Numbered from the stretch's first letter, positions 12,916-26,684 are shown. The stretch: 64,000 bases of DNA from Syncephalis fuscata S228 (GCA_025786725.1 JAHLTZ010000028.1:186001-250000); one strand, 5' to 3'. Notes: generated by a model not told the origin, from the sequence alone. Program-made: numbers and translations.

Positions 12916-13547
12916 AACAGTTGATTACAAGGTTGCAAATATCTCAAAAATTGCAAAAAAACGCTAAAAAGCGTTTTCTTACATCCGAAATGTATTTTAT
13001 TTAAAGCCAAAACGTTTGATAGAGTTGAATCTGTCTGCGGCGCACCCATTCACGGTGCAGTCGATCATTTTTGCACGGACAATCAGATTTTTAAGATGCT
13101 TGAAATGCTAGAGATTTCGTGCAAAGATGAGCTGAAGAAAAAACACCCATCAGCTTGGCAATTATATGAATCTTTGCTGGAATATCCGCTGGGAAGAAGC
13201 CTTATTTGTACAAAGGATACCGATGGATCGTATTGCGGCAATAAAGTAACTAGGAGTGGATACGTAGATTTATGTGAATTCTGCGGACTTTCTTATGCTA
13301 AAGCCATACTCAATTGGAAGCCCATGCGATTAAATTCGTTTGCCAGGGAAATTGTTAATGAAAGAGTGACGTTAGTCAACAGCTTAATCAAAAAAAAGCA
13401 ATACCACTGCTAACAATTCCTTGCATTCGTCTAAAGCTTCAATTCCTTTTGGTCTTCATCTACAACTTCCAATCATTAAACCCTGAGTACTGTTATGTTT
13501 AGTTACACAATCTTTTTGTAGTTGATGCAATACCACTTAATTTTAGC
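12830..13547 (+). CDS. Secreted Cys-rich protein, paralogue 3 (frameshifted or decaying)
   Basis: Signal peptide identical to paralogue 2; ORF 13096-13413 with SCKDEL, CTKDTDGSYC, CEFC, NWKP; end approximate. Confidence 0.65.
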
Positions 13548-14965
13548 TATTTCAATATAGTGTTTGGATTAGTTAGTTAATATTAGTAATAATAAAAATA
13601 ATTATATTTAGTTTTTTCTTGTTTTTCTCATTTAAAATATACTTGTTGTACAGTCGCTAACCAATTGCTTTGGATTTAGTTACATTTTATAGTAGGCGCT
13701 TTCTATTGTATAGCGTTTTATCATATAGTAGTCGTATTCTACTCATAGCTGTTATTGTTTTGTTTTTAGCTTTATTCTTTGTAAACTCTGACTCATTTCA
13801 ACTCATCTCATTCCTTGAGTCATGTACACTATGGCTTTAGCAGTATTGCTCATACACTTGCTCTCGTTACTTTATTTTGTTTTATGGCGTCATGGTTTTT
13901 AACAACTACGCGTTATTATAAAGCTTTATACAGTTGCTAACAGCTGTGTTTGTTAGAAGGTTCGGATTACTTTACTTCTTTTGCTCCTTACTATATATAC
14001 ACGCGCACAACACTTTCTTATATTATTCATGACGCCTTCTTTGCTTGAAATACCAATGTATTGTTTATTTTAAATAACCATGCATTACTATTATAGCTGC
14101 TCAGTCTTAAGAACTAAATATAAACGAATTAAATAGAGCTGTTAGTAATACTTACCATAGTGTGGCGTAATCGCCAGTGTTTATATATAATAATAAATAG
14201 CTTGTTGAGACTGTTCTAGTATAATATCAGCTCAGTTTAAATGTAAACAGAAATAATAAATCATTTAGATCAATTATAATTGTTATATCTAGCATAAATA
14301 ATGTTTATTTAGAAGTGTACCTGCCTAATTAATACTGATGTGCATTGCCGTTATTTGGATATTGAAGTACTATTGATCATATGGTGCATACTAACGAACA
14401 TTATAACCATACACTAGCCATACCATGTACGACCTAAACTGCTTTGCACATGTTACTTAATTATGCTACTGCACAGGCATGTTTGCATTCAAGTACTAAC
14501 GACACCATGTGTCGCCATATACTGCCAATGTTGTATATATGCTATTGCTAATAAAAATATATTATATTGATATTGTACATGATTTATTGGCTTTATTTTT
14601 GCCTCAACACAGCATATTAATCGCCATAAAGCATATTTGTGTATGGCGGCACCAACGACACATTATTCATCACGCACACAACCACTTTCTTTTTTGTTTA
14701 CAACAAAGTTGCTGTTGTTTTTTATTGTTCTTCTATACTTTAGCAAGTAAGTGACTGGCGTATGCACATATGTATTTTCTATTGTTGTTTTTTGTATTAT
14801 TTTGCGTTGCGCTGTATGCTTGTTTGATTATTTGTATATAAAGTTTTGCTTGTTTCAATAGCTTAAACTTCTTGCTCGCGGTTGTAACTACGTTGCGTTG
14901 TATGTATTGTTAGCATAGCGTTAACTGTTGTTTTTGCGCGTATTAGTATACCAAAACACGTATCC

Positions 14966-15464
14966 ATGGCCGGCACGCCATTACAATCAAACTCCGGCGA
15001 GCATCGTCGCCATGCCACAGAGCCAGAAAGACTACTTATGACAATAGCGCGTACACTGCTGGCAGTCAGGCGACTGCTTGTGTACGAGAGATTAAGTACC
15101 CAAGATCACTTAATCTGGCTCTACACAAGTATTATCGCCACCGACAGGTGCGTATGTTGGTGGCCGACCAGGCCAATACGAATTGCTACCATCGATTGCC
15201 GAGTTCTTACTCGAGCAGGTAGCAGCTGAAGAGCGGCCAAAGCAAGACCATAAAAATGCCGAAAAAGTGCCGCAACAAGTAAGTGTATTTGTTGCGCTAT
15301 TAAATTGCATACTAATATGTAAGTCGTAGACTGTAGCTGAGGCCACCACTCGACCAGCTGCCAGCATCTTTGCAGTAATGCCACCTTCAACTGTTGAGAA
15401 ACGGCTGTTTTCTGAAACAGATATGAAGGATGACGACAAGCCGACCTGCAAAAGGTCAAGCTGA
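14966..15464 (+). CDS. Putative small disordered protein; frame uncertain
   Basis: GC-richer block after a likely 5'-UTR intron; segment GQYELLPSIAEFLLEQVAAEE...PQQ|TVAEATT...KRSS* with a GT-AG intron near 15279-15329; joining to the ATG needs a frameshift. Confidence 0.4.
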
Positions 15465-15854
15465 CGGTGCTTGTGTCGCGACATACACAAACATCGCCAG
15501 CACCTGCAACCTGCTGTGCGGCGATACAGTCAGGACCAACAATAAATAGCATTGCTGTTCAAACAATCGCCAGTCTGAACAGCAATAGCAACACTATGCA
15601 GTTGTCGCCAAACGATACGGCGACGGTTGCCATCAAGACATCTTCCTTCTCCTCTTCGCATTTTCCTTTTACATTTACTTCCTATTACTTTTCTTCTTCT
15701 TTTTCTTCTTCTTTCAATCAAGCTACTCCTATGGAAGGAGTAAAATACACCAGTGCCAAATCATAGGTACTGATGTAGACACAACACAATGGTAAATAGT
15801 AATAACTACACCATAATAATAATACTAACAACATGTTTAATGCTGTATAATAGT

Positions 15855-15990
15855 GGTTTGGACGGGGCCATGTAAGCAGCAACAGTACACCGGGCTTCAT
15901 CGGCTTTAGTTAAACCTTGACGGGACTGGGAACAGTCGCTGTTTACTTAATGGGCTAGTCTATTCCAATTGTGGCCGGATATTTTGTATT
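15855..15990 (+). ncRNA. Compact structured RNA element (multibranch, GGAA tetraloop), unknown family
   Basis: GTAAGCAGC 15872-80 pairs with GCTGTTTAC 15938-46; GACTG-GGAA-CAGTC 15924-37; CCG/CGG 15890-15903; GC-rich island in AT-rich DNA. Confidence 0.4.
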
Positions 15991-16510
15991 ATTAGTCTTT
16001 ATTTGTTACAATAAATTTAGTATTAAATATAAATAGTCCGCCAATGATATCAAACAAATAATAGCAATAACATGTTATTTAAATTTACATTAAGGTAAAT
16101 ATACAACATATTAAATATAACCATTATATTAATTAGTAAATGATTAGAAAAATAGATATTGTAGAGCAGATATTCATTAAAAGACATATATATATTAGTA
16201 GGGACATAGATTGTAGCATTATAGTACACTAGCGTATAAGTGCTAAATAGCTGGTTATATTGAAAATAAACATACCACATATAGCAATCCAGCCATCGAT
16301 ATGCATATATCATATTTATAAGCTCAAATATAGACAGACAATTATCAAATACGCATCGGTTAAAGTGTAATAGAATGTGCTATAGTTTTACTTTTTACTA
16401 TTATTTATAATAAAGAAATGCCTTAATATATATATGATCCAATGCTAAATTAATCAACTGGCCCAGTTAAAATAGCTTATTGCTTACACTAAGCTTCTAG
16501 CGATACAAGT

Positions 16511-18014
16511 CTATTTTTTCATGGCAGCTACCTGACGACGTGCAATCACAGTGCTTAGCGGTATTTGATCATCATCCGAGTCGGCATTCAAATCACTACT
16601 ACGATAGCCATAGTCACTCAGCGTACTGTCAGCATCATCGGATTCATCAGATGCCGACTGTCCATAAGTGCCGTATTGGCGAGGATTTCGCCATACAGGT
16701 CCAGTTACTGTTTTCTCGCTATATTCGTGGTTGCGTACAACAAATCTTTCGCCCGTCATGGATTCAGATGTTCTTTCAACGGCCTCTTCGTGAATATATG
16801 TTTGTGTAGTTTTTCCCGTCTTCTTGCTTTGTTCATATTCGATCGGAGGCCACATAACTGGCAGAGCTAATAGTATAGTTAGCACATGTAATAAATGTTA
16901 CATATACAAGCGTATCTACTTACGCAAATGTGAAGCAACTGGATAATCGATGCCATTTCCAGGTGCAGGTTGTGGCCATAGCCATAATAAAGGATTGTTT
17001 CCTAAAACAAGGCAAATGTTTTGATATACACCAACATTATACGGAAACTCAGCCTATCTTAGGTTAGCTCATAATGATTAGATGTTGTCACGACCCACCT
17101 CTTTAATCTCATTTCGTTCTTGCATCTTTCTGATTTTACTATTCTCCCAATTTCAATGGTAGTTGTATTGGTACAAATACTCCAAATGTGAAAAATACTT
17201 AGCATGCCCACTAACATCAATACAATAGTTGTGGCAAGTAGATTGATTAACAGAAAAATCAACTCTATAATGTCTGGCTCTCGTGACGTATACTAAACAG
17301 TCTATATGTATTAGCCATGTATATTTGTAGGAGTAGACTAAATCCACCTACAATCAACATGTGTTCATTTTGAACAATCTCATAAGTGCGCATTGCCAGA
17401 ATGGTTAAACACATACTACACGCCAAATCGACATAGATAAGAAATCTAATAAAATGGGCATGATTATAATGTCCTACGCAATTACCAATCCACGGACCTG
17501 TTCAGATGTGAGTTGTGGCATTTTAATCCTCCATTCTATGGCACTTACAATGATGATCCATTTTCAAAATACATCTAACATCAATCAATTATTAGTAGGC
17601 GAAGCTAAAGCGAATATATCAATTACCGATGACATGTACTACAATGATGTGCACGAGGAGGCTTACGTTCTTGGCACGTTCGACAGAAACGCGGTTTTGC
17701 TGTACTTTTCTTCAACTCTACTACATTGGCATTTGTGTCCGGTATCTTAAGAAAGAGCGTGTCAATATTCAAGCTACACTTACGGCTGTCCAATAACTTA
17801 CCCATCCAGACGGAACACCGCCAGCATCGGTGCGTATTGCTAGATAGTAATTGATACATAGGATAATAGATAGTACATTAAACACTATATAGACCAATAG
17901 ACTATCGACCGTGAGGTCACTGTAATATTTGGTAAAAACAAAATATTGGCTGGTGGTCACTATGAATGTAATAAGTATCCACACGCCAATAACAAAAAGA
18001 ATGTCGAGATTCAT
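16511..18014 (-). CDS. PFA4: DHHC palmitoyltransferase, Pfa4-like, multi-exon
   Basis: [22 protein letters not shown]|CILKMDHHC|[18 protein letters not shown]; TTxE motif; C-terminal WPP and VVR..EY segment. Confidence 0.88.
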
Positions 18015-18918
18015 AGTAAGATGAGTGTTGCTGTCGCTATTGCTGTTATCTGAACGGCTGCCACGGAAATATAATAAACTAGTATATCATTCTCAAGGAG
18101 CCAAGAATAGCAAAGTTTGATGTTTATTGATTTCTGGTCGAATCGTATTTTGACTCCCCTATTTGAGTCCCCAAAGTAAAATTTATTCAATTGAAGTCAT
18201 GTCGTTGTTATACGCCACACAGTTATATTACTTTCTATTAAATATTGTTAATAAATTAATTTAAATAAACAATGTAACATACTATTTGATTTCTTTGGAA
18301 CATTGAGGCCGATCATTGTTGCTGTTGACCATGTGTAGAAAGATTGATTGAATATTAATAGAAGCCATTGATTGCAATTTTATATTATTTTGCATTTGTT
18401 GTTGCATCTATGTACAGCATGGATTATTGCATTTGAATGGTCTATTCTATTTTCTAATATTCTACTATTGCATTTTGGGTATATTTGCGATGTAAGATCA
18501 GTATTGATATAATTATTATAAATGTCGTTTATTAAACAGCCACTTTCCTATAACCAATCTGACTAAATAAATGGCATTTTAAACAATCAATATCATAATG
18601 ACAATATATATATATATATGAAAGCAATAATAAAGACAATTAATTAACTACACATAAATTAATTAATATTGGATGTAATATTATACATGCTATAGTAATG
18701 AACGAGTGTTTAACTGTATTTAAAAGTGGAGTGAAATGAGTAAATAATAATGTGGAAGTCAAAATAAAATAGTGTCGTTAGGTTGATTGGCTGATCAAAT
18801 AAATATGAATTATTAAAGGTTGATAAATAAGAACTTTGTTTTACTAAACAACGTCATCTTATATTAATAACAGTTCTGCTCGTTTCTGGCTCATTAGTAT
18901 AGCCTTCATTTATTGAAT

Positions 18919-19901
18919 ATGTTTAAAAACCATTTCAACACAAAACTGTTACGTTGTTGCGTAGTTCTGATCGTCGACAATTATTGAATGAGATTCTACA
19001 ATGTTACTATCCTGAAGAGCTAAAAGCAACTACTGTTGAACAAGAGGTTGTGCCTGCCGATAAAAAACCCGATGAACTAGAGGCAGCAACAGCAGAAAAA
19101 GACGATAGCAACCAAGGATCATCTAATAAAGCAGCTGTAGATGCCCATGCTCAACTAGTAGTGGATTTACTGCCTGATCCAATCGAGACGTTAAAGTTCC
19201 AAACTCATGTAGAGAAGGGAGAACTTTATCTGTTTCGAGGGCAGCCATTATGGATACGAATCGATAATAATCGATTGATACCAACAGGTAAGCTTAGTAT
19301 TATGGTAGTACTATTATATAGGTTTTAAGATAGCTGCTGGCAATAGTCTATACATTATGGAAACGCCCATCTATTCTGCCGTCCATCTATACATGGGCAC
19401 CAGTAGCCAGTAAATTAATGGAGGGAGCAGGTAACATTATTTATTAATCATTTAAACATAGTAAATAATACAATATACAAATAGATTTGATGTTGCCTGG
19501 TGTGATAGTTCCATCAGAAGGATTTTCCAATGTTAAACAAGGCGATTTTGTAACAATTTTAACCTGGAAAACTAAGTGAGTTGTGTTAATAAACAATCAA
19601 ATGTAAACTTACAATTAAATGACTAATTGTAACAGCGTTCCAGTTGCTGTTGGAGAAATGGCTGTAGATCTAAACGGTCAAAACAAGCCAAATCATGGCA
19701 AAGCAGTTCATATTATTCATGTTTACAAGGATTATCTATGGCAAGTAGCTATGATTATTAGTATATTAACTAATGCAAATATCTAGGGCTCACGGAGACA
19801 AATCACATCCACCTAAATTGTCTGAAGATGAATCGTCAGACACAACCGAACAAAGTACAGGTAATAACAAGAATTGATAAGTTAGAAACACATTTATTAA
19901 T

Positions 19902-19945
<44 letters not shown>

Positions 19946-21401
19946 TAAAAACAAGAATCCAAGACAGAGTCTGAACAAGTATCTCCTCAACTAACACCAG
20001 CGGGTGCGTAATACAATTAGTCAGTTTATATTGTTGTTAATTTAAATTTATAATTAGAGGTGGATGATATATTGAAGCGCTCAGTGTATCAGGCATTGAC
20101 TGAGATGCTAATAACGACAGAAAAACTTCCTATGCCTATTACTACATTTTACTCTAACTACATTCTGGTGTGCCAGCCGAGAGGCCAGAATGTAGATATC
20201 AAGCAGTCTAGCTGGAAAAAGGTAGGTCATACTATGTGTCTATTGCTATGACATAGAATAACAGTCATATGTAATAGGTTGCCAAATTTATGAAAGTATT
20301 GGAAAAGGCTAAGCTGTTAAAGTTAAAAGATATGAACGGTCAATCATATCTTCAAAGTGTTGATTGGAAACACCCAACGTAAGTTTTATTGATGCAATAC
20401 AAAACTGTCACTTTTATTTACTGTACCATTTTAAGTCTTGTTAATTTTGCTCCGCATAAGACAGAATCGCAAGCAGGTGGCAGTAGTAGCAGTGGTGGCG
20501 CTAAAAATAGTGACAATATTGTGGTGAAGAATGTATGGAAGGCTACAGGCTCAACGGTATTATTTTTTGAAAAGATAAAGCTATCGTAAGTTGAAGAATA
20601 TATTAATATTGGCATATTCTACTAATTCCTTTGTTACAGCACAAAGGAATTATATAAAAGTTCTGAAATTACCAAGATAATAAACGACTACGTAAACGCT
20701 AATGATTTGGTAGATTGCAGAAATAAAAAGTAAATATTTTTACTGGTAATATCAGTAAATTATTAATCATAAATATGCAGGATGATCAATCTGGATCCTA
20801 ATCTTACTATGGTCTTGCTGACTAAAGATGAACGCGATAAAGTTACGCAAGTACCTCGAAGTGAACTGACCAATCGGTAACGGCATAATAATTATATTTT
20901 TTACAAGATTGCTAATGCGTTACCGTTTGTTAGACTATGCCAATTCATGACTCAATTTCACGTTATTGAGGTGCCGGGACAGGATCCAATTATTAGGTAT
21001 GTAACAATGAATTGTTGCACTTGAAAGTCTAAGTTGATGAGTAATATACAGCAAAAATGCCTTTTCTCCGGTAGAAATAATCGTTGAATCAAGAATGGGC
21101 AATAAAATAGTTACGCGAATTTTAGGACTAGAAACGTTTTCAGTCAACTTGAAAGAAATCGCCAAGAGGTTACAAATCGACTGTGCTGGTAGTGTAGCTG
21201 GTAAGTATGATACAGCTAGATATATTATATACTGACTATTGCGCCGATTTAGTTGACCCAATAGAGGGTAAAAAAGGTTTTCATGAGGTTATGGTACAAG
21301 GCAGCCACGTAGATAGAGTTATGAAGATTTTAATCGACTATGGCATTTCAAAAAAGTTCATAGAATCTATCGACAAGACTAAGAAGAAGAAGAAGAAATA
21401 A
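18919..21401 (+). CDS. TMA64: Translation reinitiation/recycling factor eIF2D (ligatin), multi-exon
   Basis: MFK[K]PF...LRSSDRR; PUA region GADLMLPGV, GKAVHIIHVYKDYLW; DIKQSSWKKVAKFMK; SUI1 domain with GNKIVTRILGLE and EVMVQG. Confidence 0.9.
19907..19944 (+). repeat. (AAT)n microsatellite in an eIF2D intron
   Basis: About 12 AAT units. Confidence 0.9.
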
Positions 21402-21918
21402 ACTATACGTTAGTGACGATTGCTGACCACGTATAATACGCTTGTCATTATCTATTGCCCATGGCATTGCGAATTAGATTAATTAAATCAATTTACGATA
21501 TCAAAATGCAATGACTTTTTAGAATGTTAATCATAGTATTTACAATCCTCGCAGTATTGCTTATGTTCAAGAAATATGATTAGTTTAAATGGATAAGTAA
21601 ATACAATTATCTATATTGTAATAATGATGTAAATCAGTGTAGCATGCACCATCATCTAATAGCATAAATGACACAGCAATATCTAATATATAAATTATTA
21701 CAGTATTTATTAAATGCCAGACAGTAACAAAATAAATAAATAATAGTAATGGTAATAAACGTCAATGGAGCTGGTGCTATTATTATTAATGTAGATTGCT
21801 TTGTAGTAAGGCGGTAAGCTGTATTGTTGAATCGTCCTTGCCAAGTAAATAGCCAAGTTAATGGAATAGATTTTAAAGCGAGCAATGCATTGTTAATGTT
21901 ATAAAGCAATTCTAACAC

Positions 21919-24435
21919 TTATAAAGTTGCCAATTCTATTCCGTACTTATTCGATGCAATAGCTAGTTTGAATGGAGCTGGTGTACCTTTATCAAATGTA
22001 GATAACACTAAAGCGTATTTACCAGCTGTAATAATGGCAATAAGTATAAATATATAAAATTAACTATAATATGTAGCTTACGTTCTAGATCGGCGGATAT
22101 ATAGGTGAATCCAACGCGATAGTCACCAGAATGGGCAACCAAGTCTCTGTGCTGTGTTCTATACCATGTTAGAATTGTTACAATCCATGTTCAACTTACC
22201 CGTCCATTCGATCTTCTCCAGCAAACAGATCTATTCTAGAGGCAATCATAGTAGTATAATCATCGATTTCTGTAGGCTCTAAATCAATAGTGGTTTGCTT
22301 TCCTGTCACATCAAACAAATCAAGCATGATGTGCACGCTGCTCGACTGTCGTACTGTCAATCTGTACTGTGGATTGGCAATCCAGCTCTCATGGTTATTA
22401 TTGCCACCCGCGGTATCAATGGTCCATTTGCCATTTACCTGTAAAATAAATTAGTTTTTAATATATATATATTGATAGATGTAAGCAATGGAAAGCATAG
22501 AAAACAATCTATTCTTACCTGACACGAGTATGAAAAGCCGGGTGTTTCTCGAAACGAAAATGGCACGTTTGCATATACCTTTAATGTGTAATACATGGTT
22601 TTTCGGCGATCCTGTTGAGATAGCACTACCGTGTAGTATTGCTCGCCTTGCTTGGGCCACAATTTAATCTATATGCTAGTTAGTTGTATAAATTACATTA
22701 CTGCAATTAGCTACCTACCAATACGTGTGGATTATTAACATAGACTCCCTTTTAATATAGAATCAATAAATTACTTATGCAAATACACTTTCAACTACCT
22801 TAACGGCTGTCGGCTCCACTGAATAAAATATACGCTCACCAGCTTGAGTGGCGTATACATGCATCGTTATGTAGTCAGAACTATCTGTCTCTATTTTTTC
22901 AGTGTGTCTACTTAAAAGCAGCCAGACTGTAGCATTGGCCTCGTCGTCCTCATTTGCATTAACTCGTAAGCTGTACTGCGGATTCCAAGCAAAACAGTGC
23001 TGATCAAATGCCGGCCCCAATTCAAGTGGCCATTTTGCATGACGCGTAAATCGATGGCGGAACTGATCTGGGTCCCAACTAAGATGAACTGTATCGAAAT
23101 AACGACACACGGCCGACCATCCAATCCAAAACTCTCCATCGGCCACTGCATCCGCTGTCATGTAGCTCGATAATACGCGCCGTAGCCGTGGATGCCAACG
23201 CATCAAATCATCTTGACCATCCTGGCCTTGCCATCCATGCTGTCGCCATGGATTCTTACACCGAAGCATACGTGTATCACCACCATCATCGCGTATGCCA
23301 TTTGGCAGCTCGATAGCCTGTATGATAGCATATGCGTGTGTAGGCACTAACCATAGCCAATCTTGCTCAATGATATCTACACGTCCAGTGGCCAGTGTGG
23401 CCAATGCACGTCCACTGTTCATGCCTGCATTTAATCGCTGCCAGATAATCTCTGTAGATTGCTGGCTGTCTTGAAGTGCTACATGTTCCGGTATCCAGCC
23501 GGTCAATGCGTGCATATCAATACCCGAATTGGAACCAGGAAAGTCGTAGCCGCCTTGAACTTTCAAGTAGGCCTTTTCAATCAGCATGGGCCATAACTCA
23601 TGTTCTGTTGTAGTTACTACCAACGGATGGTTCCGAGTATCCACCGGTATACGATCATCAATGACTGTACCAACGAATTAACCATAAGTTACAAATAAGC
23701 CATTTACTATGTAATACCTACCAATCTTTTGATCCCTGATTAATCTCGGTTGTTAGTGTAAATCCAATTACTTACCTTACGGTAAATTCCATTTAACAAT
23801 AATTTGATCATATATTTCCCCCATGGATTATAGCAAGGCCTTCCTCGGCGATCTTGGGGATAGATACATCGTGTAATCAACTAGATACTGTATCTAGTTA
23901 GAATGTCATTAATAAAGTCTCATTACTTACACGCTTTTTAAACTTCCGTTCATAGTCTGCACAGACACAAAGAGATGCTACAAACGAGCAGTTGGTCACC
24001 ACTTCTTGAGAAATCTTTTTACTAAACCTGTGTTAATAATAATAATAATCGTCACATCCACCTATTGTTCACCTAGACACACGTTTAATCATCACTGGAT
24101 GCTTGATAAACTGGCACGGGCGTAGCCATCGATGATGCAGCTCTTTTTGACGTGGTGACAGTGTCAATAAGCCCATTGGATCTCTGCTTATTGTTAACTG
24201 GGTTGCTTTCTACGTTAATAGCTTCTTACTTGTAGCGTTCGGTCAATTCAAACGGTTCCTGTGCGTCTTCTCCTATCCACGGCAGATGTATAACTCCATT
24301 AATCAACGAGGTATGTAACAGCACTTTTAACTCGTCTTCAGTTAGTCGTCGCGCTTCATCTTCGTCATTATGAGCGGAATGTCGCGAATGAACCGAAATA
24401 GACGACGTGGGTGATAGCGGACTATGACTTGACAT
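21919..24435 (-). CDS. palB: Calpain-like cysteine protease PalB/Rim13 (calpain-7 family), multi-exon
   Basis: Catalytic triad [26 protein letters not shown]; also [13 protein letters not shown] and [22 protein letters not shown]; domain III with TAGGN and NPQY. Start codon approximate. Confidence 0.92.
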
Positions 24436-25803
24436 AACTCCTGGTAAGTAATAAATATAAAGACTAGAGACTAGAGCGTAGTCTTAGTTGAGACCACTTT
24501 CACCTTTACGAAAGGTTCTACTGCAGTGTAATTGTTTAGATAAAAGCTATTGAAAAAAGAGGTGTTTATCTTTATTATAAATATAAAAAGATGGCCTTTA
24601 AAAATAGTCATAACTCTATAATGGTGTTGCACGTGTTTTTGACATTTTTCTTGAACATTACAATTGGTGTATTATTGCTTGAGGCGAGTGAAGCTGAAAA
24701 GAATAATTGCATATATATGTTATCTATTATTCAATTAACCATGTCTATATACTGGCTTCAATGCTCAATGATTCAGATGTTGGATATGAAAATTATGATA
24801 TATTAAATTAGCTTTTATCATTTGCACTCTGCCAATAATCCAACTCACATCTTTATAAATACTATCTTTTCAACATTTATTCTACCAATTGTATTTTAAA
24901 TACATCTTAAAATGGAACAAACGAATGATTATCATTTAATACACTTTGATAAAACCATATTGTTTTCTATCAGTATACGTACAATAAAAATGAGCTTTTC
25001 TGAGGATTTGAAGTACTCAAACTCTAGAAACAACATCCTGACGGAGATCATAGTCTTTGAAACTGTGATGACGTGCTGTTACATGATGAAATTCAAAATT
25101 TCTTGTAATGAATATGAAGTCGCTGCACTAATACAGTCATACTAGCTGCTTATCCAACTCGGATCCAATTGGTTTAAGTCTGCTATTATTGAAGTTGCCA
25201 TGAGACTGTATATAAATAGCTGAATGGCCAACGAATTCAAAACAATAACACAAATAATATTTTGAGTCGTTAGTATAATATACTTTAGATATGTATATAC
25301 ACCCAGCAAAAAATGGAATATTTAACAGCGGTGTCGTTCATTTCACGCAAATATCGCAATTTAGTTAATGATTTGGTTTTTTAACTTTAATCAAATAAAT
25401 CATTATGCTACTAACAAGCCTGTATTCAACTATACCTAGTCTGCTATACAAATCTGCACTAATAATACATAGTTTTGCCTCTGTAAGAAAATATGAATTG
25501 TCACGCTTTGATATCAACCAATTGGTTTATTCCATACATTGCGTTAGTTTTGCCCCAATATACCTGGTAGAAAATTGCTTCTTATCAGTAATCCATGAGA
25601 ATATGAAATATTGTTTTGATATTAGTTTCGGTGTGTTTTCAAGCAATTTCTAGAATAACTGCTAGCATATATATATTTATACGCATGTTGCCGTCAAAAA
25701 CTATCGGATGTAACATAAACACTTCAATTTACTTCATTTTTTTAGAATAACAGTTAAGCAGTTAAGCGACAGTATATTTTCTCATTTAAAATTCAATTAC
25801 ACG

Positions 25804-26684
25804 ATGGTTTCTTGGATTACGCTATTTACGATTGGCATACTATTGTTAGGTGTTATTGACAATGTGGCTGGCCACATGAAGCTATATTCACCCATCCCAA
25901 GAGGCGACCCAAGAAATAAAGGCTATGGAGTTAGTAGTACTCGACTTGATGCTCCATTGAATGGCCGCAAGAATCCAGGCAAATTCCCTTGCCGTTACCA
26001 AAGGAAGGTCCGATTACTGCCCAGTATACTGCTGGCAAGAATTTCACCGTTGAATTTATGCAAGGCAGTCCCCATTTTGGTGGTCATTGCCAATTTGCCA
26101 TGTCTTACGACAACGGTAAGACATGGGTCGTGCTAAGAACCATCATGTCTATGTGCTTTGAAGGCAAGGCGCCGTATCGATATTCAATTGCACTGCCTAA
26201 GGGTGCACGCAATGGCCGAGTCTTATTTGGCTGGACTTTTATCAATGCAGGCGGTAATCTAGAATACTATATGAATTGTGCCGATGCTGAGATTTCTGGC
26301 GGTAGGGACGATGGCAGTCTTAGAGGGCCCGAGCTATTGGTGGCACGTTTGCGTGGTACCGTCAACATAGACCGATGGGCAAACACTGATGGCGCAAATG
26401 ACGGAAAAGAACATTTTATTGCCCGTAAAATTGTTACCATTCCTGTCGATGCAAAACCAACCGACGATGGAACGGTTATTGGTGAAGCAGGGGATGGTAA
26501 ACCCGGTGTCGAGCAACCTCCAAAGATTATTCCATGGCATAGGTTTTTTGATAGCAAGTTCTTGTCATATGAAACAAATCGTAAACTTGATAAGAATTTG
26601 GGAGACACTGGTGGCAAAAAGGTTTTCTTCATAGCCACTTCTGATAACCCAAGAGGTGATGATGGTATTCAAGCCAGTGCATAA
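25804..26684 (+). CDS. Secreted copper lytic polysaccharide monooxygenase, AA11-like; frameshift near 26000
   Basis: Signal peptide ending VAG followed by N-terminal His (HMKLYSPIPRG); second His in PHFGGHCQFAMSYD; WTFINAGGNLEYYMNCADAEI. Confidence 0.85.

Noticed and set aside
25060-25090. Two C-box motifs (GTGATGA, ATGATGA)
   Set aside because: No downstream CTGA D box at a suitable distance and no rRNA guide recognised.
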